Below are positions 62,821 to 64,000 of a stretch of 64,000 nucleotides of DNA, one piece after another; the first letter of the stretch is position 1, and every line of letters starts with the position of its first letter. This stretch comes from Eledone cirrhosa. Its lineage: Eukaryota. A model generated the notes under the pieces. It saw only the letters and a program-made list of their open reading frames with translations, was not told the DNA's origin and did no database searches. The stretch lies in assembly GCA_964016885.1 (NCBI GenBank), contig OZ024755.1:11594001-11658000 (forward strand), read 5' to 3'. Position numbers and translations under genes: made by a program.

Positions 62821-62900
62821 TGAATCTCTCTCTCTCTCTGGTTAACTTAAAAAGCTTTGGGGAAATTTGAAATTTCCTCTGAACGCAGATGACTATAATA

Positions 62901-63480
62901 ATTGTTCCTACTTTTGGCACAAGGCCAACAATAATCCAAGTGTATTACTGGTACTTTATTTTATCGACCCCGTAAGGATGAACGGCAAAGTTAACCTCGG
63001 CGGAATTTGAAGTCAGACCATAAAGGGCCGTAACTCTTTGCTGCAAAGCATGGCGTCCGACCCTCTGCCGATACTGCCGATCCACTAATAATGGTCAATC
63101 AACATAAGCAGTAGTTAATACCGAAGTGGAAGAGATGGAAAACAGTGGAAAGAAAAGTCAGGACAGTGGTTAACCCACTCGTCCAGCGTCCGCAATTTGA
63201 GAGCCTTGATGCCTCGCTAGCCCCTACTGCCCACTTTCCTTCTGTTTCTGTCAAGAGGTGTACTTTTTACGTTTTCGGTTTTTACTCCTATCTATAATTG
63301 TTTCTACATTTTGGTAGAAGACCAGCAATTATCCCAGTGCATTACTGATACTTTATTTTACCGACCCCGTAAGGATGAATGGCAAAGTTAACCCCGGCAG
63401 GATTTGAATTCAGACTGCAAAGGGATGTAACTCTATGCTGCAATGCATGGTGTCCGAGCCTCTACCGATACAGCCAAACC
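62901..63480 (-). mobile_element. Two main SINE copies (62901-63085; 63298-63480)
   Basis: Reverse-complement matches to the SINE consensus. Confidence 0.9.
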
Positions 63481-63567
63481 TATCTATAATGATCCACAAT
63501 TATTATGGACATCTGCTTTGGGGCGACTATATATATGTGTATGCATTTATATATATATGCGTGTGTG

Positions 63568-63624
<57 letters not shown>

Positions 63625-63810
63625 GTATGTATAGAGCAGAAATTACTTCTACTGGACTAGATCTGTTCCATTCGTATGAAATAATTTCTATATAATAAAT
63701 ATGGCTATTCTCTATCAACGTATTGAGTACGTTATATAACTGTGGTTATTTCCCGTTCTTTAATAAAATATATAAACACACACTACAATTCATAGAATGT
63801 GTTCATGTAT

Positions 63811-63844
<34 letters not shown>

Positions 63845-63848
<4 letters not shown>

Positions 63849-64000
63849 GGGGGGATAGAGAGACGTAGAGGGGGGATAGAGAGGCGTAGAGGGGGGAGAG
63901 AGAGGCGTAGAGGGGGGATAGAGAGGCGTAGAGGGGGAGGGAGAGAAAGGCGTAGAGGGGGGAATAGAGAGGCGTAGAGGGGGATAGAGAGGCGTAGAGG
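63845..64000. repeat. Purine-rich minisatellite of about 21 bp (gagaggcgtagagggggata), running off the window
   Basis: Read directly from the sequence. Confidence 0.9.

Overview
This is AT-rich eukaryotic intergenic or intronic DNA with no credible host protein-coding exon. All the long ORFs in the track are translations of (TA)n-type microsatellites. The repeat content resembles octopod cephalopod genomes (inference): about 30 copies of one tRNA-headed SINE, multi-kb interrupted (TA)n arrays and one 200-N scaffold gap. The main hidden signal is a set of about 13 minimal type-I hammerhead-ribozyme-like motifs from about 8 unrelated sequence families. Most sit in 150-500 bp islands within or beside (TA)n tracts and are followed by AATAAA. 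Three families form head-to-head inverted repeats. This architecture fits pseudo-LTR remnants of Penelope-like retroelements or non-autonomous retrozyme-like elements. Two motifs look near-intact (4632-4676 and 28391-28428), the latter with a compensatory U3-A8 core pair. Several perfect palindromes and template-switch inversions centred on TTAA or (TA)n are also present. All structures were folded by eye; no database search or folding program was run.
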